Notes: generated by a model not told the origin, from the letters alone. Numbered from the whole stretch's first letter, positions 1 through 11,634 are shown. The stretch: DNA of 63,259 nucleotides, filler included, from Octopus bimaculoides (GCF_001194135.2; 7 parts of 5 records of this genome joined end to end with filler, not necessarily neighbours in it), one strand, 5' to 3'. A program made the numbers and translations.

Positions 1-312
1 AGGGGTGAACGTGATCCCTAAGATCAGGGTGGCGTGTGGTATGAAGTCAGTGTCTGGGGAAGCTGACCGGAAGGGCGAGTCGACCGGAAGGGCGAGTCGG
101 CCGGAAGGGGAAACAGGGCAGAGGGAGCCTCGATCGGCGTTCGTGCCCTTTTCGAACGGGGCTGCGGTCAGGACAAGACGTGTTAAGCGACGGTCTAGGT
201 TTGGGAAGGTTTGGGAGAAGCAGCTGCTATACCTGGTGTACCTTGGGTCGAGGCAAGCTTCAAGGATCGGATACCACAAGTCGGACTCGCAGTCGAGGAA
301 AGGAAAACCGAG
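1..312 (+). promoter_or_regulatory. CpG-rich segment, candidate promoter/first exon ending at a splice donor
   Basis: GC/CpG-rich against an AT-rich background. Three 17-bp-spaced CCGGAAG (ETS-like) units at 67, 84 and 101. Donor-like GAG|GTAAGG at 312/313. Alternative: decayed L1/Tx1 endonuclease piece (YTW...RQASRIGY across a frameshift). Confidence 0.35.
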
Positions 313-494
313 GTAAGGCGATTACATCTACTCCTACGCACACACCACAGTTTATACAATATTAGATGTACCCTAAATCGTTTTTTCCTCACCCATGTTG
401 CCACATATTTGTCTTGCCTCAAAAATAAAAGGAAACAAGAAAAAAGGAAGCATCTTCAAATGTTTTATTTTCATCACTACATTCTACAAGTGAA

Positions 495-770
495 GGCACA
501 TGGCTTAGTTGTTAGTGGCATTCATCTCACAACCTGTAGGTCATGAGTTCGATTCTTAGTGGCATGTTGTGTCTTTGAGCAAGACACTTTATATCATGTT
601 GCTCCAGTCCATTCAGCTGGCAAAAGTGAGTTGTACCTGTATTTCAAAGGGCCAACCTTGTCACATTATGTGTGTCATGCTTAATTTCCCTGGGAACTAC
701 ATTAAGGGTGCATATGTCTGTTGAGTGCTCAGCCACTTGAACATTAATTTCATGAATCAGGTTAACAGGA
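495..770 (+). mobile_element. tRNA-derived SINE, family 3, CpG-decayed copy
   Basis: A-box-like TGGCTTAGTTG and B-box-like GAGTTCGATTC. Body matches the copy at 55039-55328. Confidence 0.75.
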
Positions 771-849
771 ACTCTTGTCATAATAAACAACAAAGTGCCA
801 GATTTTTTACTTTGTACAATGATGCTTGGTTAAGAAAAAGGAGTGTGAA

Positions 850-1085
850 ACAACAACTTTAGAAGTAAATAACAAAATAACAAAGGAGATTTTGTGCAAT
901 TGCTCAACCTGCTAGAAATAATAGTCATAACTTCTCTCCAAATTATATTATTTCCATCTTAAATGGTGAGGGTATTCTGATGGATTATGTAGTTTTGATT
1001 TAATTGGTCTAAATAGAAAATGGGATAATCAAGAGTGGAATGCTTTTAATCATAGGCCTGTTCTTTCAGGACTGACAAGTATTAA
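850..1085 (+). mobile_element. Interspersed repeat, family 4 (CTGCTAGAAATA...GGAATGCTTTT-ATCATAGG)
   Basis: Related pieces recur at about 1978-2060 (-), 3941-3995 (-), 12385-12435 (+) and 38905-39065 (+). Confidence 0.5.
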
Positions 1086-1288
1086 CAATGACATCTACAG
1101 CATCATAAACAGCAAATATGTCAATGCTTCACACACTAACATCTGTCCTACTCTGTCCTGGACCATTATATTTGTATATCACTGATTGAATTCACTTTGA
1201 TTTTGAACTAAATTGAATCTCCCCATTCTAATTTGTTAGAACAAAATTACCAAGTGCTTGTTAGCATTTATTTTTGTTATTGGTTTAG

Positions 1289-1461
1289 TTGTGGAAAGAA
1301 GAGGAGTGCTCATTGAAGATTTTCAGGGTTTCCAAAACTGGTGTAAAGAAAAGATGAAGTTATCCTCAGACCAAGGACATGATCCAAATGCTTGGAATAT
1401 ATTGAACTTCAATAAAAGCATCCCTGTGCCAAGTGGTAGTGATAAGATAGCCTGTAGATGA
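1289..1461 (+). CDS. Putative coding exon of an unidentified gene (VERRGVLIEDFQGFQNWCKEKMKLSSDQGHDPNAWNILNF...ACR*)
   Basis: T-rich acceptor TTTTTGTTATTGGTTTAG at 1271-1288, followed by about 57 open codons of non-repetitive peptide in otherwise stop-rich DNA. No family recognised. Confidence 0.35.
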
Positions 1462-3367
1462 TGTCTATAATTTTGAACAGAAATGGTTTCTCTGATAGAC
1501 TCCAACAGAATATCTATCAACTAAATTTCACTTGCAACTGATATGGCTGTGATTAAGAAGTTAGCTTTCTAACTATGCAGTTTCAGGCTCAGTTCCATTC
1601 TAGGGCAAGTGTCTTCTGTTATAACCCTGAAGTAAGAAAAACATTGTGAGGTTTTTAGGAACTGAAAGAAGACCCCATATATATTGTCATGATGATGATG
1701 ATGATGATGATGACGATGATGATGTTGACGAGGAGGAGGAACTCACAACTATAGTTGTATAGTTGAAGTTGCTTATCCAAGGTAGTGCACAGTGGGTTCA
1801 TGTTAAAATGAACCCATCAATATTTTACCTTCACAAAACCAATTCCTCTACTTTTATATCTTATTTTAACCTTTTCCTCATCAATGAGAAATCACTTGCT
1901 GACTTATTTTCTATCATGCTCTTTTTTGTTGCTGTTGTTTTTGTTTTTGTTGTTGTTATTGTTGCTGCTACCATTGTTGTTGTTTAGTGCCAAATCAAAC
2001 CCAATCAAACAAACCCATGATTGAAGGCATTCCAGCCATGACTCTTCTATCTTATTTTCAAGGAGAATAAGATCCATTGTGTCTTTCATCTTCAAGATGG
2101 TGAAGTTTTGAGGAAAATCTGGCTGATAATTCTCATTGTCATCATTGTTACTGTTATTGTCATTGTTTTGGTTAATATCATGGTTGTCATCATTGTTATT
2201 GCTGTTGTGGTTGTTTATGGTTGTTATATCACCACTGCCATTGGAATTGCTGTTCTAGTCATCAGTTTAGCTGCCATTTCCATCATGATCGACCTCTTTG
2301 TTGTCTTTTTCTTTGTATCATCAATGCCACAGACATCATCCTCATCATCATAAGTTGCACAAACATAATCTTTATCTATAGAGCACTTTGTGCCATTAGA
2401 TTATCTCAACTCAAAAAGATGTAAACTCATTTGAGCCCGATGCTTTAAATTCTTTTATTAGTGTATCTGGAAGATGTATAATGGTCATCGTAGCAGGATT
2501 TTGAACTGACAACATACATAACCAGAATAGATATGACAAGGATTTCCATCTGATAATTTAAGAATCCTACCTCTTAATCTAACAGATAATCTATCCATCT
2601 GATAATCTAACAGTCCATCATCCTAGTATCTTATTTACCAAACTTGGAAAGATTTGTGGATAAGCAGACCACAGTGAGTTTCAAGTTTAGAATGAATGAA
2701 GTCAAAACAAACACCCACACAATGTTTAATCCAACACTCATATGCTTCTGTTAATTTGATTACTGAGCAGTTGTAAAGAGGCTTAGTCATTCTCAGTGGT
2801 TTATGGTTTCATTTTCCACTCACTAATTCTAACTCTAAATATTTATTTTTTCAAGCAAAATCCTTTTAGAAAGCTTGCTAATTGGAATGGGAACAGTTTA
2901 AACGAGGCCTGTAGTTTTATTTAACTGTTGTCTAAAGGGAAATTCTAGCCTTTTGAAATAATCTTAACTTTCAAAATCATTCCATGAGAGTTTCTTTTCT
3001 TATGTTGTATGCATTCAGGACTATGAGGCTCTGTGTTCAACTGCCTTGTGTTACACACCAGCAAAAACATTTACATATAGCTTCAAGTTGATCCAAGCTT
3101 TATGATTGAAATAGAAGCAAATATTTGGCAATCTGTTCGATGGATTGCACCAATAATTTAGAGTCAGCTTGGTCACATGTTGTAATGCTAATTGTGCCTC
3201 AGAATTAAGTTAATGATATATGGATTGATGGATTACTCAGATATTTTATTTTTTTCAGTAGATACATAGTTCAGTTTCTCAAACAACTACAACATTGATG
3301 AATGCTGACGAAACCAAGAAAGGATCCATTTGCATATCAGTAATTCCATATTAGTTACTCTTTGCTC

Positions 3368-3560
3368 TCTCTTTTACTCTTTTACTTGTTTCAGTCATTT
3401 GACTGTGGCCATGCTGGAGCACCGCCTTTAGTTGAGCAAATCGACCCCGGGACTTATTCTTTGTAAGCCTAGTACTTACTCTATCGGTCTCTTTTGCCGA
3501 ACTGCTAAGTGACAGGGACATAAACACACCAGCATCATTTGTCAAGCAATGCTAGGGGGA

Positions 3561-3612
<52 letters not shown>

Positions 3613-3782
3613 CATATATACGACAGGCTTCTTTCAGTTTCTGTCTGCCAAATCCACTCACAAGGCTTTGGTCGGCCTGAGGCTATAGTAGAAGACATTT
3701 GCCCAAGATGCCACACAGTGGGACTGAACCAGGAACCATGTGGTTGGTAAGCAATCTACTTACCACACAGCCACTCCTGCCC
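3368..3782 (-). mobile_element. tRNA-derived SINE, family 1, full length with internal (CA)n/(TA)n
   Basis: Head GGCAGGAGTGGCTGTGTGGT...GGTTCAGTCCC; body GTCTTCTACTATAGCC...GGAAACTGAAAGAAGCC; tail GCTCCAGCATGGCCACAGTC...AAACAAGTAAAAGAG. About 10 related copies in the window. Confidence 0.85.
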
Positions 3783-5420
3783 CTATAGTTATATTAAATT
3801 TTTTAACTTTTAAAAGAAATCTGCTAATTCAAATCTAAATTTGGGACAGTCTTCAACATGCAATGGATTCTTACAGAATATGGGACACCATATAGATAAT
3901 AATCCTTTTAAATTATTTTATTTATTTATAATAGCATAATGTTGTTTAGCCCTATATCAGACTTGACTGAATAAATCTATAAAGAAAGCCATTCCAATAC
4001 CAGTGAGTATAAATTATATAATTTGTATATAAATGTGAAATGGCCGTAGCTGTAATATTTTCTCTCAGATAAACCTTTCAATAAGACCTATGTGTTATAA
4101 ATACAAGAATTTGCACAGAATGCTTGAAGAATATCTGACATGGTGTTTTGACCAGATTATTTCGTCTTAGTTACAAATACCTAGATGTTAAGAAAATGCT
4201 TGCTCTAGCTTAGAAGCCAGTAAACAAAGCTTTTACTGATTTGTATGAGTATTAACCAAGTTAGAATTAGTATAGCCTCTTCAACAAGCATTTTCACTTG
4301 GCTTATAATATCTGAGGTATTCATGTTTAGGAGACTAAATTGAATTGAAACAATGTAACAAGCATTCTCAGCAAAAACGTCTGTTTTTAACCAAACAAAT
4401 GTCTGTTTGAGATGTTTCTATGCGATAAAATATAACAACTAGTGCTCTTCCATATTTGTACACACATTATAAATCTTACACTCAAACAATTTAATCGAAG
4501 ACCTTTTCAAGTTCATGTATTAATTTAAAGATGCTCAATATTTTTTAAATATTTAATTGAATTTTTCAATGATAGTAGATTGTGCTTTGAGAAAAATTTA
4601 GTTATTAAACATAGACTTTTTTATTATACAGAGTTTCCATGGACAAGTGAAATTAAAATACATATTTCTTCTGAAATTTGATTCGCTTTACCTAATCATT
4701 TTCTTTCCTGAACTTTCAATTGCAACATCTAATAGTCTTTGTCAACATCATTTAGTGTTTAAAATGGATTATAACGAAAAGTAGGAAGAAACTTACAACA
4801 TAGACAATGAGATATAATACTTTATATCAATTTGAATTTGAAGAAATTTACAAGTTTCAAAATAAAGTAACTTATAATTTAAACATACATAGAAAATATC
4901 AATATTTTTATAGCACCATTGCTCTAATTTCTATTTATTTTTTTCCTGATAAAATGAATATACATCTCATATCACCTTGCTAATAAAATTTTCTAATTTT
5001 AATAACTGAGCCAGATTTTTGCCATATATAATTGCACTTAATTATTCTTAATTATTCTTACATGAACTATGTAAATTTGCTAGACCATTGAGATATAACA
5101 GAGAAAAATATAGAAAACAAATAAAACTTTTAAGAATTTCCACTAATTTTCTGATCACCAAGAGAGTTTGTGTTAAAAAAAATATTTCAATATTAAATCA
5201 AATGTAAATAATTATATTAGCTATTTGCAAACACAAAACTTTAAAATATTCCCTTTATAGCAACATGTTTGTGTGTGTGTGTTTGTGTGTGTGCGCGTGC
5301 ATATGTGTGTGTTTGTGTGAGTGCGATTTTGTGTGTATATTTTGTTCAATTTCCTATTAATATTTATTCTAACTTCAGTCCTTGTTCCATATCTGTGTGT
5401 GTGTGTGCATGTGTGTGTGC

Positions 5421-5453
<33 letters not shown>

Positions 5454-5548
5454 TGTGTTTCTTTCAATTTCATACTGATATTTATTTTAATTTCAGGCCC
5501 TGTGCAACAGTAGTAATTACATACTTGAAATATAGTATTATTAATGTA

Positions 5549-5760
5549 ATATATTGTCAACTTAATGTGGCAATCCCATTAAGGGAATACACTACTGCCG
5601 TTTAGCCCTAGGAAGCTGGACCACTTCCTGTCGGCCTTGACACAATTACCGTGTCCTTAAGTTTGCAAGGGGGAGACAAGCTCCTCCACCCAGCCTAACC
5701 AGCATTCAGGGACATGTTTCTGAGTCTTTACTCGTCATCAGCCTGAAGTAGCTTGCCAAT
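5549..5760 (-). mobile_element. Hammerhead-bearing short repeat, family A (retrozyme or Penelope pLTR-like)
   Basis: Homologous by eye to 34040-34248 and 58523-58726. Carries a hammerhead motif on the minus strand. Confidence 0.6.
5705..5747 (-). ncRNA. Minimal type I hammerhead ribozyme motif
   Basis: Minus strand reads TTCAGG-CTGATGA-cGAGTaaagACTCa-GAAA-CATG-TC-CCTGAA. Perfect 6-bp stem I, intact CUGAUGA and GAAA, palindromic CAUG stem III, GUC triplet. The first stem II pair is a C-A mismatch. Confidence 0.7.
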
Positions 5761-6902
5761 TCTCTTTATTACGATAATAAAATATCATACATAGATGGGA
5801 CAATACAGGACACTACAAACATTTAAGAATTGTCATTTAGTGAGTCTTTTTAGCTTTTTTTTAAAAAAAATATACGTTTAAAAATATATATATTTAAAAA
5901 TTTTTCTACAAAACTTTGAATATTTTCAATGGTTTACACCTAATTCCAGGGTACACCAGTCTACACCTTTGTATTTTTTCAGGAAAGTTTTAAGTAGGGC
6001 CGCTCANNNNNNNNNNNNNNNNNNNNNNNNNNNNNNNNNNNNNNNNNNNNTTAATTAATTAANNNNNNNNNNNNNNNNNNNNNNNNNNNNNNNNNNNNNN
6101 NNNNNNTCTCTCTCTCTCCCCCTCTCTCTTTCTCTCTCTCTCCATCGCTCCGTCCCTGAAACTTCTTCTTGAAGACGATATCGTGTTTACTAAATTCGTA
6201 ATTTTCCAGTCGTTACCGATTTTCGCGAACTGAATTACATTGCCTACGTAAGCATGCATATCTGTCTGTCTGTCTATCTGTGTGTGTGTCTGTCTGTCTG
6301 TGTGTCTGTATGTATGTATGCATGCATGCATGTATGTATGTACGTACGTGCGTATGTATACATGTATGTAAGTAATGTATGTATGCATCTACGTATATAT
6401 GTATGTATGCATGCATGTAATGTGTGTATGTATGTTTGTATGTAATACGTATATACATACGTGTGTGTTTACACACACACACACATGTATATTTAAATAT
6501 ATGTGTATGTGTGTGTGTTTGCATTTGTATGTATGTGTGTATACGTGCATGTATTCTTTACGCCTCCTATTCTGTCATTGGTTTCTGCAACCATTTTTGC
6601 ATTTCATCACTTGTTACCGGCTTTTCTCAAGCTGCAATTCTTCCAGTGCCACGGGCGTGTACGTATAACATATATGTATGCATGTATATATGTATGTATG
6701 TAGGTATAACATATAACATATATGTATGCATGTAAGTATGTATGTATATGTGTGCGTGTGAATGTATGTATGTATGTATATATGGAAGTATGCATGTATT
6801 TATATGTGTAAAGTTAGATGTACGATTGCTAATGTTGAGTTTAGAAGTACACCTAGAGGATGTCATGCATTATGGCCACCACTGCAGAAAAGATACGTAC
6901 CA

Positions 6903-7236
6903 GGCGCAGGTGTGGTCATGTGGTAAGGAATTTCCTTCCCTATCACATGGTTCTGGGTTCAGTCCCATTGCGTGGCACCATAGATAAGTGTCTTCAACTA
7001 TAGGTTTGGACCTACAAAAGTTCTGTGAGCGGATATGGTAGACGGAAACTGAAAGAAACACGTTTCACAACCAGTGTTGGTGTGTTTACGTCCCTGTAAC
7101 TTAACAGTTCGGTTAAAGAACAGACAAAATAAATACCAGGTTTGTGAAAAAAAAGTACTGCAGTCGATTCATTCGACTGAAAAATTCTTGAAGTCGGTGC
7201 CCCAGCATGGCCGCAGTCTAATGACTGAAACAAGTA
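6903..7236 (+). mobile_element. SINE family 1 copy
   Basis: Same head, body and tail as 3368-3782, in the opposite orientation. Confidence 0.85.
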
Positions 7237-7397
7237 ATATATATATATATATATATATATATGACAGGAATGGCAACAAAAGAAAGAAAGAGACCTCGAT
7301 ATTATGCAAATAGAGGAATTTATCTGTAAAAATATGTGACAGTTATTCAGTAGCCATGATAAAACTCCGAGTTTCGGATGCCAGAGTGGGGGGTCCA

Positions 7398-7466
7398 CTC
7401 CAACATCTCTTCAGTTATCCAGCCATTGAAATATTCAATGGCTGGATAACTGAAAAGATGTTGGAG
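7398..7466. repeat. Near-perfect palindrome, 33-bp arms with a 3-nt loop, cut off by a gap
   Basis: CTCCAACATCTCTTCAGTTATCCAGCCATTGAA-ATA-TTCAATGGCTGGATAACTGAAAAGATGTTGGAG, one mismatch. Confidence 0.9.
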
Positions 7467-7825
7467 NNNNNNNNNNNNNNNNNNNNNNNNNNNNNNNNNN
7501 NNNNNNNNNNNNNNNNNNNNNNNNNNNNNNNNNNNNNNNNNNNNNNNNATGTATAAAAAGATAGATAGATAGATAGATACAAAACCCTTTCGTAGCCCAG
7601 ACGGGAACGAACAAATAATAATAGAATGGGCTATGAAAAATCTTAGTATATTTTTGTTGGTTGTAATTATTCATACCAGTATGTAATTTCTGACGAAGAA
7701 TCTAATTTTTATTTCATGAAGAGTTTTTCGTTTTTGTTCTTGGAATTAATTAGACTCCGAAACAATTTGTAGAATGTATATAGGTTCTGTACCAACCTGG
7801 ATTATAAATTAAAGTTCGTCTACAC

Positions 7826-8255
7826 CACAGGTTCCCAAACTTTTTGGGTCTCCACCCCTCTCATGGCCACATTATACTCTCAGCACCCCCACTCCTGGGC
7901 ATATGGCGTAGTGGTTAAGAGCGCGGGCTACTAACCCGAAGATTCCGAGTTCGATTCCAGGCAGTGACCTGAATAATAATAATAATAATAACAATAATGA
8001 TAATAATAATAATAATAATGTTAACTAATTCATGTTTTACTAATTTATAGATATTATAAATTATTTGATATTTAATATAATATATAATTTGTACACAATA
8101 CTATGATATAATAAATTCATAGCATCCCCCAATTTACTACCTTCCTCCCAACGCCTCTTTTTTCTCTACCACCCCCTTAGGCACCAGCGCTCACCTGGAC
8201 CGTCTCAACGCCCACCGGGGGTGGAGGTGGGTAATGCCCATTTTGAGAACCTATG
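7826..8255. mobile_element. Non-autonomous hAT (Charlie/Buster-like) MITE
   Basis: TIRs CACAGGTTCCCAAAC (7826-7840) and TTTTGAGAACCTATG (8241-8255). 8-bp TSD GTCTACAC / ATCTACAC (7818-7825, 8256-8263) resembles the nTCTAGAn target preference. Confidence 0.8.
7897..8019 (+). mobile_element. tRNA-like head plus (AAT)n tail (mini-SINE or tRNA retropseudogene) nested in the hAT MITE
   Basis: A box TGGCGTAGTGG; arm CGGG-CTACTAA-CCCG; AAGATT variable loop; B box GAGTTCGATTCC; directly followed by about 16 AAT units. No good acceptor stem. Confidence 0.7.
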
Positions 8256-8405
8256 ATCTACACCTTCAATTTTTCCTTTCCTGGTACTTCATTTATTGTT
8301 TTTGCAAATACTGAATATATATTTTTTTATATATATTCTTTACTTGGACTGTACCAGCGGACCTGGATGTTTGACATCTCTTTGAAGGATTTCGGTTCTC
8401 ACCTC

Positions 8406-8468
<63 letters not shown>

Positions 8469-9317
8469 ATTTCAATGCAATACCTATCTTATCTTATNNN
8501 NNNNNNNNNNNNNNNNNNNNNNNNNNNNNNNNNNNNNNNNNNNNNNNNNNNNNNNNNNNNNNNNNNNNNNNNNNNNNNNNNNNNNNNNNNNNNNNNNNNN
8601 NNNNNNNNNNNNNNNNNNNNNNNNNNNNNNNNNNNNNNNNNNNNNNNNNNNNNNNNNNNNNNNNNNNNNNNNNNNNNNNNNNNNNNNNNNNNNNNNNNNN
8701 NNNNNNNNNNNNNNNNNNNNNNNNNNNNNNNNNNNNNNNNNNNNNNNNNNNNNNNNNNNNNNNNNNNNNNNNNNNNNNNNNNNNNNNNNNNNNNNNNNNN
8801 NNNNNNNNNNNNNNNNNNNNNNNNNNNNNNNNNNNNNNNNNNNNNNNNNNNNNNNNNNNNNNNNNNNNNNNNNNNNNNNNNNNNNNNNNNNNNNNNNNNN
8901 NNNNNNNNNNNNNNNNNNNNNNNNNNNNNNNNNNNNNNNNNNNNNNNNNNNNNNNNNNNNNNNNNNNNNNNNNNNNNNNNNNNNNNNNNNNNNNNNNNNN
9001 NNNNNNNNNNNNNNNNNNNNNNNNNNNNNNNNNNNNNNNNNNNNNNNNNNNNNNNNNNNNNNNNNNNNNNNNNNNNNNNNNNNNNNNNNNNNNNNNNNNN
9101 NNNNNNNNNNNNNNNNNNNNNNNNNNNNNNNNNNNNNNNNNNNNNNNNNNNNNNNNNNNNNNNNNNNNNNNNNNNNNNNNNNNNNNNNNNNNNNNNNNNN
9201 NNNNNNNNNNNNNNNNNNNNNNNNNNNNNNNNNNNNNNNNNNNNNNNNNNNNNNNNNNNNNNNNNNNNNNNNNNNNNNNNNNNNNNNNNNNNATATATAT
9301 ATATATATATATATATA

Positions 9318-10180
9318 ACTGCATATCTCTCCCGCCTTGCAGAGAGTTGAATCGTAACTCTTTTAGTCTCTCCCAGTAGCTCAGCTGTTCATTGATGCAA
9401 TCTTCCCGGTGTAGCACCAATGAATTGCCTCAAGTTCCACTATAAATTTAAGACTGTTGGGTACCCACAGTTGAGAGCAGTGATCCAGACGGCTGAGAAC
9501 ATATGTCATCTATAGAACCAGCATAATTTCCTGATCCCTTGCTCTGAAAGTTCTCAGAATCCATCCGACCATTCACCTACATATTGCCACCATCTTGATG
9601 ATATTAAACGAGGCGTTGTTGCTTATATCAAACAACAGATCACGCATTGTACTTGACTCTGGGATTGCCGCTCCTTTTGGTCCAAAATATGTTTCTTGGG
9701 GCATATTAGCGGAAGCTGACTGATAGGCAGAGGGCTTGGAATTTGCCTGCATTAAATTTCATACTGTTTCTTCAACCCATTTATATATGACATCTAGGTC
9801 TCTCTGTAGATTAGCATCGCAAGGTTCCTTGTCTGCTTTTACTACTTTTGTGTCGTCGGCATAGCTAGTAGGTGTGGAAGCTTTTGTAGCCAACAACATG
9901 TCCGAAAGAGCGGCTCCAAGACAGTTCCCTGAGTCACACCACTTGCTACTTCTTTCTCCTCGATGAAGACACTATTGGCTGCAACAGCTTCGCTTCTGTT
10001 TTTGAAGAAATCTCGTAAGTACTCTCCTAGTTTTCCGACTATCTCGAGCCTCTGTTCCTTGTAACATATCATCCAGTGACCAACCTTATCAAAGAACCTT
10101 ACAAAATCGAGCTCTGTCACAACCACGTTCAAACTGTTCATTAGCTGTTTCAATATCAGTCATAATGCTACAGAAGCTGT
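9318..10180 (-). mobile_element. CR1/L2-group LINE, decayed 3' part of the RT ORF
   Basis: Remnants LDFVRFFDKV, SGVTQGTVLEPLF, YADDTK, MKFNAGKFQ and LSYWERLKEL, with stops and frameshifts. Confidence 0.85.
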
Positions 10181-10199
10181 ATACAGCAGCTTCTTTCTG

Positions 10200-10660
10200 A
10201 GCAGGATAGCTCGAATTTGCTGCCCTCTTTGGGCCAGTACTGCTTATATTGGCTTATACAACAGCCTCAAAAGCGCCGCCCCCATAAAAGCGTCCCCAGA
10301 GACCTAGTAGCGTAATTAAGAGGTGGGACGCCCAACGCTACTGTTTTTACTACGCTACTGGATCTCCGGTTTGATTATATCTTCTCCTTTACTCTCCCAC
10401 TAATTCGGAGGCCCCGTGAAGGGCCATGGATCATAGACGTCCTTGCAGACTAAAAAGATTTTCGAAAAATCGGTGTAAATGAAGTAAATTGATTTCAAAA
10501 GAGAATCGAAACCATTTCTAAGATTTAATCCAACGGGAGTTCATCTAATACACAGCGGCATTCGCTTAATTATTGCTGAACGAACAAATATAATAAGGCG
10601 GAGTCAAAAGTCAGATGGACCTAAGCGTCCAATTTTCTGAGCGATTATCTTTTCTCTCGC
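10200..10660. promoter_or_regulatory. CpG-containing unique region with GC boxes, possible promoter
   Basis: GCCGCCCCC at 10275-10283 followed by CATAAAAG, and GGCGGAGT near 10597. Non-repetitive and relatively GC-rich. Confidence 0.25.
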
Positions 10661-10872
10661 TAAATATAATACAAAGAATTAATTCGAAGCTGGGCATAAA
10701 AAACATAATCAGATTTGAATATCTGTATCTAAATGTATGTCTTTTTATCCAAGTATCTATCTATATATCTTTATCGAAGTGCATTATAAACACAAGCAAA
10801 GCAACACACACACACACACACACACACGTGCATACATATGCACAGATATACACACATCTATAAACATACATT

Positions 10873-10927
<55 letters not shown>

Positions 10928-11269
10928 GTACATACATACACATACATGTTATCTTTCTATGACATCTCGGTTTTATTTGTGGCTGTTTGTTGTTTATATA
11001 AATAATCAATGACCCAAACATGTCTCAAAAATCGTAAGAGTGGAGTCTGCGGTATTGAGGATTATGAAAAGCGTCGCACTTTTACTTCTGGAAACCAAGG
11101 TAAACATTATACAGCTAAGTCAAAGAATCTAGAAAATAATAAACTAACATAGCGGGCACATAAGGGTTCAATTATCTATTGGACCGATCATTTTAAAGAG
11201 AAACCCTCCTAAGAACAAACCAAACAAGTAAAAGGTTCTATATCAATACACCACACGATGATTAACAAT

Positions 11270-11430
11270 TGGTAGCGAACTGGCCGAGTCATTCGGACAT
11301 CACGTAGAATACTTTCTGGCGTTTATTTCTGGCCTCTCACTTTGATTTTAAATACTACGAAGAACGACTTTGCCTTTCATACTTTCAAGGTCGATAAACT
11401 GGAGACCCAATCCTGAATGGAATCGATTCA
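11270..11430 (+). mobile_element. SINE family 2 copy, diverged
   Basis: Core GACTTTGCCTTTCATACTTTCAAGGTCGATAAA is shared with the other family 2 copies. Confidence 0.7.
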
Positions 11431-11510
11431 TCTGTTTCTCTACTCTTCGTCATCTTCCTTACCCTTTCAGTCTTTTTATCTTCTTTCTGTCTGTCTATCT
11501 CTACTTCTAG

Positions 11511-11634
11511 AAGAAACCAATTGAAACCAACTCTAGGGTGGGATGGGTTCCGTCACATGGTTTAAAAATGCCCAAAACACACCGTGAATTACGACCGCGT
11601 CCTTACGTCTTCATCAAAAAGTTGAGGGACCAAG
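11511..11634 (+). CDS. Putative 124-nt exon (KKPIETNSRVGWVPSHGLKMPKTHRELRPRPYVFIKKLRDQ)
   Basis: Long pyrimidine tract ending TTCTAG at 11510; donor AAG|GTAAGG at 11634/11635; only one frame is open. Confidence 0.3.

Noticed and set aside
7897-7971. Functional tRNA gene (anticodon ACT)
   Set aside because: No acceptor stem, imperfect T stem, and an (AAT)n tail instead of a T-run terminator. Treated as a retroposed unit.
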